Origin: an uncultured Verrucomicrobiota bacterium
Lineage (GTDB): Bacteria > Verrucomicrobiota > Kiritimatiellia > CAIVKH01
DNA length: 58,705 bases
Direction: 5' to 3'
Assembly: GCA_964441655.1 (NCBI GenBank)
Contig: CAYTVN010000001.1
Span: 1-58,705, forward strand
Shown: piece after piece, positions 44,102 to 51,208 of the stretch
How the letters are laid out: each line of letters opens with the position of its first letter
How positions within the stretch are numbered: the first letter of the stretch is position 1
Position numbers and translations under genes: made by a program
The notes under the pieces: model-generated
The model's database searches: none
The model's input: the letters and a program-made list of their open reading frames with translations, nothing else
What the model was told of the DNA's origin: nothing

Positions 44102-44755
44102 ATGAACGCCGACGCCTTGATCAACGTCCTGCGTGGTAACGCCAACCCGGACAACGTGGCGGGTATGGCGCGCTACGGCATCAACACGCGGAACACGTTC
44201 GGGGTCTCCATTCCCTTCCTGCGCCAACTAGCCCGGGGTTATCGCCGCCAACACGAACTGGCACTCGCCCTATGGGCCAGCGATGTACACGAGGCCCGCC
44301 TCCTGGCTACCCTGGTGGATGACCCGAAGCAGGTGACCCCGGCCCAGATGGAGTCGTGGGTGAAGGACCTTGACTCGTGGGACATCTGCGACCAGCTGTG
44401 CAACAATCTCTTTCGCAAAACACCGCATGCGCGCGCCAAGGCGCTGCGCTGGGCGAAGCGTAAGCCGGAGTTCATCCGCCGGGCGGGCTTCGTCCTGATG
44501 GCGACACTGGCCGTGCACGACAAGGCCGCCACCGATGCCGATTTCGATCCCTTCTTCGCGGCCATCCAGTCCGCCGCCACCGACGAGCGCAACTTCGTAC
44601 GCAAGGCCGTGAACTGGGCCCTGCGCCAGATCGGCAAAAGGAACGCGACGCTGCGGCAACGCGCCCTCGCGGTGGCCCGGCACCTCACCACACTGGACAG
44701 CAAAGCCGCGCGCTGGATCGCCGCGGATGCCATCCGCGAATTGCGGGCGCGCTAG
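44102..44755 (+). CDS. DNA alkylation repair protein (AlkC/AlkD-like HEAT repeat)
   Basis: ALALWASDVHEARLLATLVDDP, WDICDQLCNNLF, ERNFVRKAVNWALRQIGKRN. Confidence 0.75.
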   Translation: MNADALINVLRGNANPDNVAGMARYGINTRNTFGVSIPFLRQLARGYRRQHELALALWASDVHEARLLATLVDDPKQVTPAQMESWVKDLDSWDICDQLCNNLFRKTPHARAKALRWAKRKPEFIRRAGFVLMATLAVHDKAATDADFDPFFAAIQSAATDERNFVRKAVNWALRQIGKRNATLRQRALAVARHLTTLDSKAARWIAADAIRELRAR

Positions 44756-45333
44756 CGGGCGGCATCCTTCAACAGCCGCGCCACCGTCTCCAGCGGAAGG
44801 CCCACCACGTTGGAATAGGATCCGTCGTAGCCATCCACGAAAGCCGCCGCTCCACCCTGGATGGCGTAGGCGCCCGCTTTGTCCATGGGTTCACCGGTGG
44901 CCACATAGGCGGCAATTTCGTCTTCGCGCAGGGTGCGGAAATGAACAGTGGTGCGGATGGCTTCCCCCCGCTCCCGCCACACGCCCCCGCTCGCCTGCAG
45001 CAGACAGACGCCGGTGATGACCTCGTGCGAACAGCCGGACAACAGGCGCAACATGGCGCAGGCATGTTCGGCATCCGTGGGTTTTTCGAGGATGTGATCC
45101 TCTTTCACCACAATGGTGTCCGCCGCCAGCACCAGGGCATCCCCGCCGCCACGAAGCCAGACTTCGCGGGCCTTCTCGGACGCATTGCGCAAAGCGTAGG
45201 AGGCCGGCATCTCCTGAGGCCAGGGTTTTTCATCGATCCCCGCCACCACCACCTCGAACGACACACCCAGCGAACCCAATAGTTCGCGGCGGCGGGGTGA
45301 GGCGCTGGCCAGGATGATCGGAGTTGGTTTCAT
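44752..45333 (-). CDS. maf: Maf-family nucleoside triphosphate pyrophosphatase
   Basis: IILASASPRRRELLGSLGVSFEVV, DTIVV, KAGAYAIQG. Confidence 0.9.
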   Translation of the reverse strand: MKPTPIILASASPRRRELLGSLGVSFEVVVAGIDEKPWPQEMPASYALRNASEKAREVWLRGGGDALVLAADTIVVKEDHILEKPTDAEHACAMLRLLSGCSHEVITGVCLLQASGGVWRERGEAIRTTVHFRTLREDEIAAYVATGEPMDKAGAYAIQGGAAAFVDGYDGSYSNVVGLPLETVARLLKDAAR

Positions 45334-45363
45334 GGCGGCGAAGCATGAGGTATACTTCAGCGC

Positions 45364-45951
45364 ATGTCATCCACTTCCGCCACCTCCGCCGGGCTGGTGC
45401 TGGCTGCCGGCGCCTCCTCGCGCATGGGCTATCCCAAGGCCTTATTGCCCCTGGCCAGCGGAACCCTGCTCGCGCTCCATCAAATGCAACTGCTGCGCGC
45501 CGCGGGGTGCCTGCGCGTAGCGGTGGTACTGGGTTCCCACGCCGATGCCATCGCAAAGAAAATCACCGATGGTGAAGTGATCCGGAATCCCGACTGGGCC
45601 CAGGGCCGCCTCACCTCCATCCAGGCCGGCCTGCGGGCCATGCCCGGCCATGCGGGCTATCTGTTGTTGCCCGTGGACACGGTGGGCGTTCACGTCCAAA
45701 CCCTGGCCGCCGTGCTGCAGGCCGCCCGCGCACAGCACGCCGCCGTGCGACCTCATTACGCCGGGCAACCCGGCCGCGTGGTTTGGATCAACATCAACAC
45801 GGCGCAGGAACTGATCGCCCTGCCCGCCGCCGATACGCGCCTCGATGAGTGGCTGGCCCCGCGGGTCACCGCACTACAGGTGGACGATCCCGCGGTCCTG
45901 AATAATGTGAATACTCCCGATGAATGGGCGGCAGTTCGCGAACGGTTGTGA
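45364..45951 (+). CDS. MobA/MocA-like nucleotidyltransferase (candidate molybdenum cofactor cytidylyltransferase)
   Basis: GLVLAAGASSRMGYPKALLPL, an NTP_transf_3-type N-terminus. Adjacent to a xanthine-dehydrogenase-family operon. Confidence 0.6.
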   Translation: MSSTSATSAGLVLAAGASSRMGYPKALLPLASGTLLALHQMQLLRAAGCLRVAVVLGSHADAIAKKITDGEVIRNPDWAQGRLTSIQAGLRAMPGHAGYLLLPVDTVGVHVQTLAAVLQAARAQHAAVRPHYAGQPGRVVWININTAQELIALPAADTRLDEWLAPRVTALQVDDPAVLNNVNTPDEWAAVRERL

Positions 45952-46077
45952 CCCACCCCTAAATCCCCTCCAAGGAGGGGACTTTCAAGAGAGACAATCC
46001 CCTCCACTGGAGGGGTCCGCGCAGCGGGGGGTGGGTCTCCCCTCCATCGGAGGGGTGGCCGCAGGCCGGGGTGGGTT
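45951..46077. repeat. Cluster of three CCCCTCC-N2/3-GGAGGGG hairpins flanked by ACCCACCCC / GGGGTGGGT
   Basis: Hairpins at 45965-45980, 45999-46015 and 46039-46055. Outer ACCCACCCC at 45951-45959 is complementary to GGGGTGGGT at 46028-46036 and 46069-46077. The cluster fills the gap between convergent genes. Confidence 0.75.
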
Positions 46078-46081
46078 CCTC

Positions 46082-47326
46082 CTACACCAACTGGTCCACC
46101 GCCCGCTGGGCCGCATCCAAATGGGCATCAATCACCACCGGGTTCCCCACGCTGCGACGGGCCGAGGCCACGTCCTTGAGCCCATTTCCGCTGACCAGGC
46201 AAACCGCCGTTTCCCCCGGCTTGATCTTGCCTGCAATGGCGAGGGCACGCAGGCAGGCCCACGACGCGGACGCGGCCGGTTCGGCAAAGACACCGACCCC
46301 GCGCGCCAACTCCGGAATGGCTTCGAGAATGGCTTCGTCCGGAACGGTCACTGCTTCACCGCCGGATTCGATCACCGCCCGCACCGCGGCCAACCCGTCA
46401 CGCGGGATGTCCACGGAAATGGAATCGGCCAGCGTGGTGGCCTGAACGGAATCAATGCCCACGTCGGACCACTTCGGTAGGCCGCCCTTTTTCTGTAGCT
46501 TCCACACGGCATGACTGATGGCTGCGCTCAACTCCGATTGCGCGCAAACCAGCCTGGGCACCGTCGTGGTCAGGCCCATTTCCTTCAATTCACGCCAGCC
46601 CTTCCAGATGCCGCTGATGATGTTGCCGTCACCCGTGCACACCACCATCCAGTCCGGCACCTTGCGGCCCAGCTGTTCCCAGACTTCAAAGCTGCACGTT
46701 TTCTTTCCCTCGCGGGTAAACGGATTGGAACCCGTGTTGCGGTTGAACCAGCCGCGCGCCCGGCATACCTCGGCGCACAGGTCAAACGCCTGGTCATAGT
46801 TTCCGCGCACCGCAATCACCTTGGCCCCGAACACCAGCAGTTGCGCCACCTTGGCTGGCGGCGCGGACTCAGGCAGGAAAATGACGCACGTCATGCCAAC
46901 GCTCGCAGCCAGACAGGCCATGGAGCTGCCCGCATTGCCGGTGGTGGCGCCTGCGATGACCGACGCCCCGCGCTCGCGGGCCACGGCCAGCGCCACCGCC
47001 CCGGCACGATCCTTGAACGATGCGCTGGGATTCTGCCCATCGTCTTTGACCCACACCTGGGCTTCCCCGGCCCGGGCGTCCAGGCGATCGGCCCGGTACA
47101 GCGGGGTCTGCCCGACCCGCACGCGCGGGATCAGGTCCAGTGAACGCAGCGGAAGCAGCGGGGCGTAGCGAAAAATATCGCGGCGATCCAGCCACGGCGT
47201 CTTCGCGGCGGCGGCATAGTCATACACGAGCTCCAGATTCTGCCCGCAGGCCGGGCAGCCGAAGCCGGTAAACGAGGCGGGCTGCGTCGTTTCGCAAGCA
47301 AGACAGCGATACCCTGTTATATGCAT
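46082..47326 (-). CDS. PLP-dependent fold-type-II enzyme of the threonine-synthase family with N-terminal zinc ribbon
   Basis: MHITGYRCLACE...CPACGQ zinc ribbon. PLP lysine context NPSASFKDRAG. TTGNAGSSMA. Confidence 0.75.
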   Translation of the reverse strand: MHITGYRCLACETTQPASFTGFGCPACGQNLELVYDYAAAAKTPWLDRRDIFRYAPLLPLRSLDLIPRVRVGQTPLYRADRLDARAGEAQVWVKDDGQNPSASFKDRAGAVALAVARERGASVIAGATTGNAGSSMACLAASVGMTCVIFLPESAPPAKVAQLLVFGAKVIAVRGNYDQAFDLCAEVCRARGWFNRNTGSNPFTREGKKTCSFEVWEQLGRKVPDWMVVCTGDGNIISGIWKGWRELKEMGLTTTVPRLVCAQSELSAAISHAVWKLQKKGGLPKWSDVGIDSVQATTLADSISVDIPRDGLAAVRAVIESGGEAVTVPDEAILEAIPELARGVGVFAEPAASASWACLRALAIAGKIKPGETAVCLVSGNGLKDVASARRSVGNPVVIDAHLDAAQRAVDQLV

Positions 47327-47333
47327 AGTTTCC

Positions 47334-47364
47334 TCTCGCGGCGATCGCAGCGCTCGCTGCGAGA
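47334..47364. repeat. Short TCTCGC-type hairpin in the arcC/ThrC-like spacer
   Basis: TCTCGCGGCGA (47334-47344) pairs with TCGCTGCGAGA (47354-47364) at 10 of 11 positions. Confidence 0.55.
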
Positions 47365-47372
47365 TGCCTGCT

Positions 47373-48314
47373 TCATCGCAAGATATGTGTACCGTCTTTC
47401 CCCGCGACCGCTTCCTCCAGCAGGTGGGGCTGGGTGATGATGACATGCCGCCCACCGTGTTGCAAAAAGTGAAGGGCGGCTTCGATCTTCGGCTTCATGC
47501 TGCCGACGGCAAAGTGGCCCTGCTTCATGTAACGCCTGGCCTCGGCCGCCGTAATGCGATCCAGGTTGCGCTGGTCCGGCTTGCCAAAATTCACCGCCAC
47601 CTTGTCCACCCCGGTGGAGATGACCAGCAACTCGGCCTCCAGGTGCGCGGCCAGCAGAGCGGATGCCGCATCCTTGTCGATCACCGCCGCGCAACCCTGC
47701 AGCAGGCCACCCTTTTTCTTCACCACCGGTATCCCACCGCCGCCCACCGCAATAACCACGATCTTGCGCTTCAGCAACTCGCGAATGACCGGCTCTTCCA
47801 CGATGGCCAGCGGCTTGGGAGATGGCACCACCCGACGCCAGCCCCGGCCGGCATCCTCCTTCAACGTCCAACCGTCATTTTCGGTATGCAGCCGGGCGTC
47901 GGCTTCGGAATAGAACGGCCCGATGGGTTTGCTGGGATCCCGGAAGGCACGGTCCCTGGCGTTCACCAGCACCTGGGTTACCACGGTGGCTACCGGCTGA
48001 TGCATGCGACGGCGACGCAGCTCGTTTTCCAGCGTCTGCTGTATCTGGTAGCCGATGGCCCCCTGCGTGTCGGCCACGCAGCTCTCCAGAGGAACCTGAT
48101 GCAATACATCCTTGGCCAGCTCCGAGCGCAGCAGGATGAACCCCACCTGCGGCCCGTTGCCGTGGGTGATGACCACCCGCCATCCGTCGGCGATGAGCCC
48201 GGCTATGTGATGCGCGGTCTCGCCCGCCGCCCGGTACTGATCCAGCACCGACATATGCCGGCTGTCCTTGATCAGCGAATTTCCACCGATGGCAATGACG
48301 GCAAGCTTCTTCAT
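47373..48314 (-). CDS. arcC: Carbamate kinase
   Basis: MKKLAVIAIGGNSL...VVITHGNGPQVG...GGGGIPVV. Start at ATG 48314. Confidence 0.9.
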   Translation of the reverse strand: MKKLAVIAIGGNSLIKDSRHMSVLDQYRAAGETAHHIAGLIADGWRVVITHGNGPQVGFILLRSELAKDVLHQVPLESCVADTQGAIGYQIQQTLENELRRRRMHQPVATVVTQVLVNARDRAFRDPSKPIGPFYSEADARLHTENDGWTLKEDAGRGWRRVVPSPKPLAIVEEPVIRELLKRKIVVIAVGGGGIPVVKKKGGLLQGCAAVIDKDAASALLAAHLEAELLVISTGVDKVAVNFGKPDQRNLDRITAAEARRYMKQGHFAVGSMKPKIEAALHFLQHGGRHVIITQPHLLEEAVAGKDGTHILR

Positions 48315-48323
48315 GGCATTTTT

Positions 48324-48401
48324 TCTCGCCAAGCCGCAAAGACCGCAAAGCTCGGGAATACCCAGCCGAACCCTCTTTGCGACCTTGGCGTCTTGGCGAG
48401 A
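48324..48401. repeat. TCTCGCCAAG-type inverted repeat in the ygeW/arcC spacer
   Basis: TCTCGCCAAGCCGCAAAGACCGCAAAG, 24-nt loop, CTTTGCGACCTTGGCGTCTTGGCGAGA (27-nt arms). Confidence 0.75.
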
Positions 48402-48407
48402 TACTCC

Positions 48408-49601
48408 TCAGCGCACCCGCGCCCGATCCTTGCGCGCCAGCCCGGACAACACCGCGGCCGGATCCTTGAACCGGCTGGTCAGCATCATGGCGGCGATGAT
48501 AAAGGGCTTGCAGCTGGCTTCCTTGTATGTCGGGATGCGGTAGCGCTCGAACACGCTGGCCGCCACCTCACCCTGCTTGCAGGAAACGCCGGAGATGTCT
48601 GCGGGAAGGCAGTGCATGTAGAGGGCCTTGCCGCCCTTGGTCAGCTTCATTTTCTCCTCGGTGCACTCCCAATCCGTATGGGTCGCGTTTTCGGCCAGGC
48701 ACTGTTTCTCCAGCGCCTTGAGCCCGTCCCGATCGTCCGCCTTCAGCAGGCCGGTGCGTTTCTGCATCACGCTGTAGGACGCCCACGACTTGGGGTATAC
48801 GATGTCCGCGCCCGCGAAGGCCTCGTCCATCGAGTTCGTTTTCACAAAGCTGCCGCCGTTGGCCTTGGCCTGCTGACCGGCCAGCGTCACCACGTCGGGA
48901 ATCAGGTCATAGCCTTCGGGATGGGCCAGCGCGACTTTCATGCCGAAGCGGGTCATCAGACCGATGATGCCCTGGGGCACGGACAGCGGCTTGCCGTAGC
49001 TGGGTGAATAGGCCCAGGTCATGGCAATCTTCTTGCCGCGCAATTTTTCCAGCGAACCAAAATGCTCGCGCAGCCACATCAGGTCAGCCATGGCCTGGGT
49101 GGGGTGATCGATGTCGCACTGCAAATTCACGATGGCCGGCCGCTGCGGCAGCACGCCCTGGGCAAATCCATCATCCAGCGCCTCCGCCACCTCCAGCATG
49201 TAGGTGTGACCGGCGCCCAGGAACATGTCGTCGCGGATGCCGATGACCTCGGTCAGGAAGGAAATCATGTTGGCGGTCTCGCGCACCGTCTCGCCGTGGG
49301 CAATCTGCGATTTGCCCTCGTCCAGATCCTGTACGGCCAGCCCGAGCAGATTGGAGGCGGAGGCAAACGAAAAGCGGGTCCGGGTGGAATTGTCGCGGAA
49401 GTTCGACACGGCCAGCCCGCTCTGGAACAGCCGACAGGATACGTTGTTGCGGTACAGGTGGCGCAGGCCCTCGGCCACGTTCAGCACCACCTGAAGCTCG
49501 CTCACCGTCTTGTCCCAGGTGAGCAGGAAATCCTTGCCGTGCAGTCCGGATTTGAGTTTGCGCGTTTGGGCCAGCAGCCGAGTGAATTCCGTCTTCTTCA
49601 T
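48408..49601 (-). CDS. ygeW: Knotted carbamoyltransferase, YgeW family
   Basis: Long collinear matches to my recollection of E. coli YgeW: FRDNSTRTRFSFASA, DLDEGKSQIAHGETVRETANMISF, VNLQCDIDHPTQAMADL, MTWAYSPSYGKPLSVPQGIIGLMTRFGM, ALYMHCLPADISGVSC. Confidence 0.9.
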   Translation of the reverse strand: MKKTEFTRLLAQTRKLKSGLHGKDFLLTWDKTVSELQVVLNVAEGLRHLYRNNVSCRLFQSGLAVSNFRDNSTRTRFSFASASNLLGLAVQDLDEGKSQIAHGETVRETANMISFLTEVIGIRDDMFLGAGHTYMLEVAEALDDGFAQGVLPQRPAIVNLQCDIDHPTQAMADLMWLREHFGSLEKLRGKKIAMTWAYSPSYGKPLSVPQGIIGLMTRFGMKVALAHPEGYDLIPDVVTLAGQQAKANGGSFVKTNSMDEAFAGADIVYPKSWASYSVMQKRTGLLKADDRDGLKALEKQCLAENATHTDWECTEEKMKLTKGGKALYMHCLPADISGVSCKQGEVAASVFERYRIPTYKEASCKPFIIAAMMLTSRFKDPAAVLSGLARKDRARVR

Positions 49602-49652
49602 AAACATACCTTTCCAGGGCGGCTGCACATGCAGCGCAATTCCCTGCACGGT

Positions 49653-49708
49653 GTAACGTTACGCAACGGACAACAGTCCGCAATCGGGGTTTCCCTGATA
49701 ACGTTATC
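49653..49708. promoter_or_regulatory. Two perfect palindromes centred on TAACGTTA (GTAACGTTAC and GATAACGTTATC), LacI/PurR-type operator-like
   Basis: GTAACGTTAC at 49653-49662 and GATAACGTTATC at 49697-49708, centres 45 nt apart. Located in the spacer upstream of ygeW. Confidence 0.4.
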
Positions 49709-49725
49709 GGGGCAAACGGCAGGCC

Positions 49726-50592
49726 TCAACCGGCGCCCAACTGCTCCAGAAAGCCCCGGATCAGCCGACCCGTCACCCACTTGCGGTATTCCGCGGTGGA
49801 ACGAATATCGGCGATGGGTTTCACCTCGTCCGCCGCACGCTGCTCCGCTTCCGCCAGGGTGGTCGCATCCAGGGCACGACCGGTCACCCACTGCTCCAGC
49901 GCGGTCAGGCGAATGGCGGTGGGCGCCACGCTGCCCAAGGCCACGGAAAATGCGGCCACGCGGCCCGCCTCCATCCGACCACGATAACTGGCCATCACCT
50001 TGGAGATGGCCTGGGCCGCCCGCGGGCCCAGCTTGCGCCAGCCTTCGCGAGCCCCTGCGGGCATGCGGGTGAGCCGGAACTGCACGATCAGTTCATCCGG
50101 GGCGAGATCGAGTTTGCGATAGCCCACCAGAAACGTACGCAACGGAATCACGCGTTCGCCGCGCACGCTCCGCACCACGACCTCGGCCTCCGCCACCAAC
50201 AGGGACGGCGCCAGATCACCGGCCGGGCTCGCATTGCCGATGCTGCCCCCGATGGTGCCCAACGCTTGAATCTGCGCCCCGCCCACGGTGGCGGCGGCTT
50301 CCGCCAGAGCGGGGGCAAACTGCTGAACCAGGCAGGACCGTCGCAGCGCGGCGTGTGTTTCGCCCGCGCCGATCAACAGGACGCCATCCGCCTCGGTGAT
50401 GCCACGCAACTCGCGCAGGCCCTTGATATTCAACACGCGCCCGGGCACCGGCCGTACCCCGGCCTCCCACTGCACCATGAGATCAGACCCGCCGGCCAGC
50501 GGCAGACCGCGCGTCTTTTCGTCCGCCTGCCAGCGCAGCGCTTCCTCAAGCGTTTGCGGTTGCAGCATGTCCGTTTGTTCCAGGGTGCTCAT
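49726..50592 (-). CDS. Xanthine-dehydrogenase-family FAD-binding subunit
   Basis: FAD_binding_5/CO_deh_flav_C pattern: PLAGGSDLMVQW, GAGETHAAL, LGTIGGSIGNASPAGD, DIRSTAEYR. Confidence 0.85.
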   Translation of the reverse strand: MSTLEQTDMLQPQTLEEALRWQADEKTRGLPLAGGSDLMVQWEAGVRPVPGRVLNIKGLRELRGITEADGVLLIGAGETHAALRRSCLVQQFAPALAEAAATVGGAQIQALGTIGGSIGNASPAGDLAPSLLVAEAEVVVRSVRGERVIPLRTFLVGYRKLDLAPDELIVQFRLTRMPAGAREGWRKLGPRAAQAISKVMASYRGRMEAGRVAAFSVALGSVAPTAIRLTALEQWVTGRALDATTLAEAEQRAADEVKPIADIRSTAEYRKWVTGRLIRGFLEQLGAG

Positions 50593-50595
50593 GGG

Positions 50596-50660
50596 CGTGA
50601 ACCGTGAACCGTTATCCGTAATCCGACAGACGGATCACGGGTTACTGATCACGGATTACC
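50596..50660. repeat. Heptamer-phased inverted repeat in the FeS/FAD subunit spacer
   Basis: CGTGAAC CGTGAAC CGTTATC CGTAATC CG, loop ACAGA, CGGATCA CGGGTTA CTGATCA CGGATTA CC. The last 4 codons and stop of the FeS subunit gene lie in the right arm. Confidence 0.7.
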
Positions 50661-51137
50661 TCCCCCCTTCGGCCAGCGCTCCGCGGCGGCGGCCACCGCC
50701 TCCATGATCTTCACGTAGCCGGTGCAGCGGCAAATGTTGCCCGCATGGGCATCGCGCAGGGCCTGGTCGCTCAAGCTGGACTGCTTGGAAAGAAATGCGT
50801 AGGAGGAAACCAGCATGCCCGGAATGCAGAAGCCGCACTGGGCCGCGCCTTTTTCCCGGTAGGCCTGCTGCAGGATGCGGCCACCCTCGGTTTTCTCCAA
50901 TCCCTCCACGGTCAGGATCACCGCCCCGTCCTCCACCTGGCCGGCGGACACCAGACACGACGTCACCACTTCGCCATTCAAAATCACCGTGCAGGCGCCG
51001 CACTCGCCTTCGCCGCAGCCCTCCTTGGTGCCTTTGAGCCCGAGGTCCTCGCGCAACACGTCCAGCAACCGTCGCAGCGGCGGAAATTCCACCGTGTGCG
51101 TTTCACCGTTAATGGTCCAGGTACGAGTTACGTTCAT
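50649..51137 (-). CDS. Xanthine-dehydrogenase-family [2Fe-2S] subunit
   Basis: GCGEGECGACTV and CGFCIPGM...CRCTGY cysteine clusters. Start at MNVTRTWTINGE (ATG 51137). Confidence 0.9.
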   Translation of the reverse strand: MNVTRTWTINGETHTVEFPPLRRLLDVLREDLGLKGTKEGCGEGECGACTVILNGEVVTSCLVSAGQVEDGAVILTVEGLEKTEGGRILQQAYREKGAAQCGFCIPGMLVSSYAFLSKQSSLSDQALRDAHAGNICRCTGYVKIMEAVAAAAERWPKGGGNP

Positions 51138-51138
51138 A

Positions 51139-51208
51139 GTCCCACGTTTCATGTCCCAAGTTCCAAGTCTATGCCCCGACGTGGGACGTGGGACCTGGGG
51201 CCTTGGAC
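51139..51208. repeat. Heptamer-phased inverted repeat in the Mo/FeS subunit spacer
   Basis: GTCCCAC GTTTCAT GTCCCAA GTTCCAA GTC, loop TATGCCCC, GAC GTGGGAC GTGGGAC CTGGGGC CTTGGAC. The last ~13 codons and the TAG of the Mo subunit ORF lie inside it. Confidence 0.7.

Noticed and set aside
45920-46480. 186-aa ORF beginning in the hairpin cluster (PLNPLQGGDFQERQSPPLEG...)
   Set aside because: Its N-terminus is a translation of the palindromic repeats, and the remainder is antisense to the ThrC-like gene.
47364-49007. 547-aa plus-strand ORF
   Set aside because: It is antisense to arcC and ygeW, both of which match well-known families over their full length.
41379-51208. Possibility that the tandem heptamer arrays are CRISPR or minisatellite arrays
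   Set aside because: The units are 7 nt with no spacers. Each locus is a single inverted repeat of under 90 nt. No cas genes are present.
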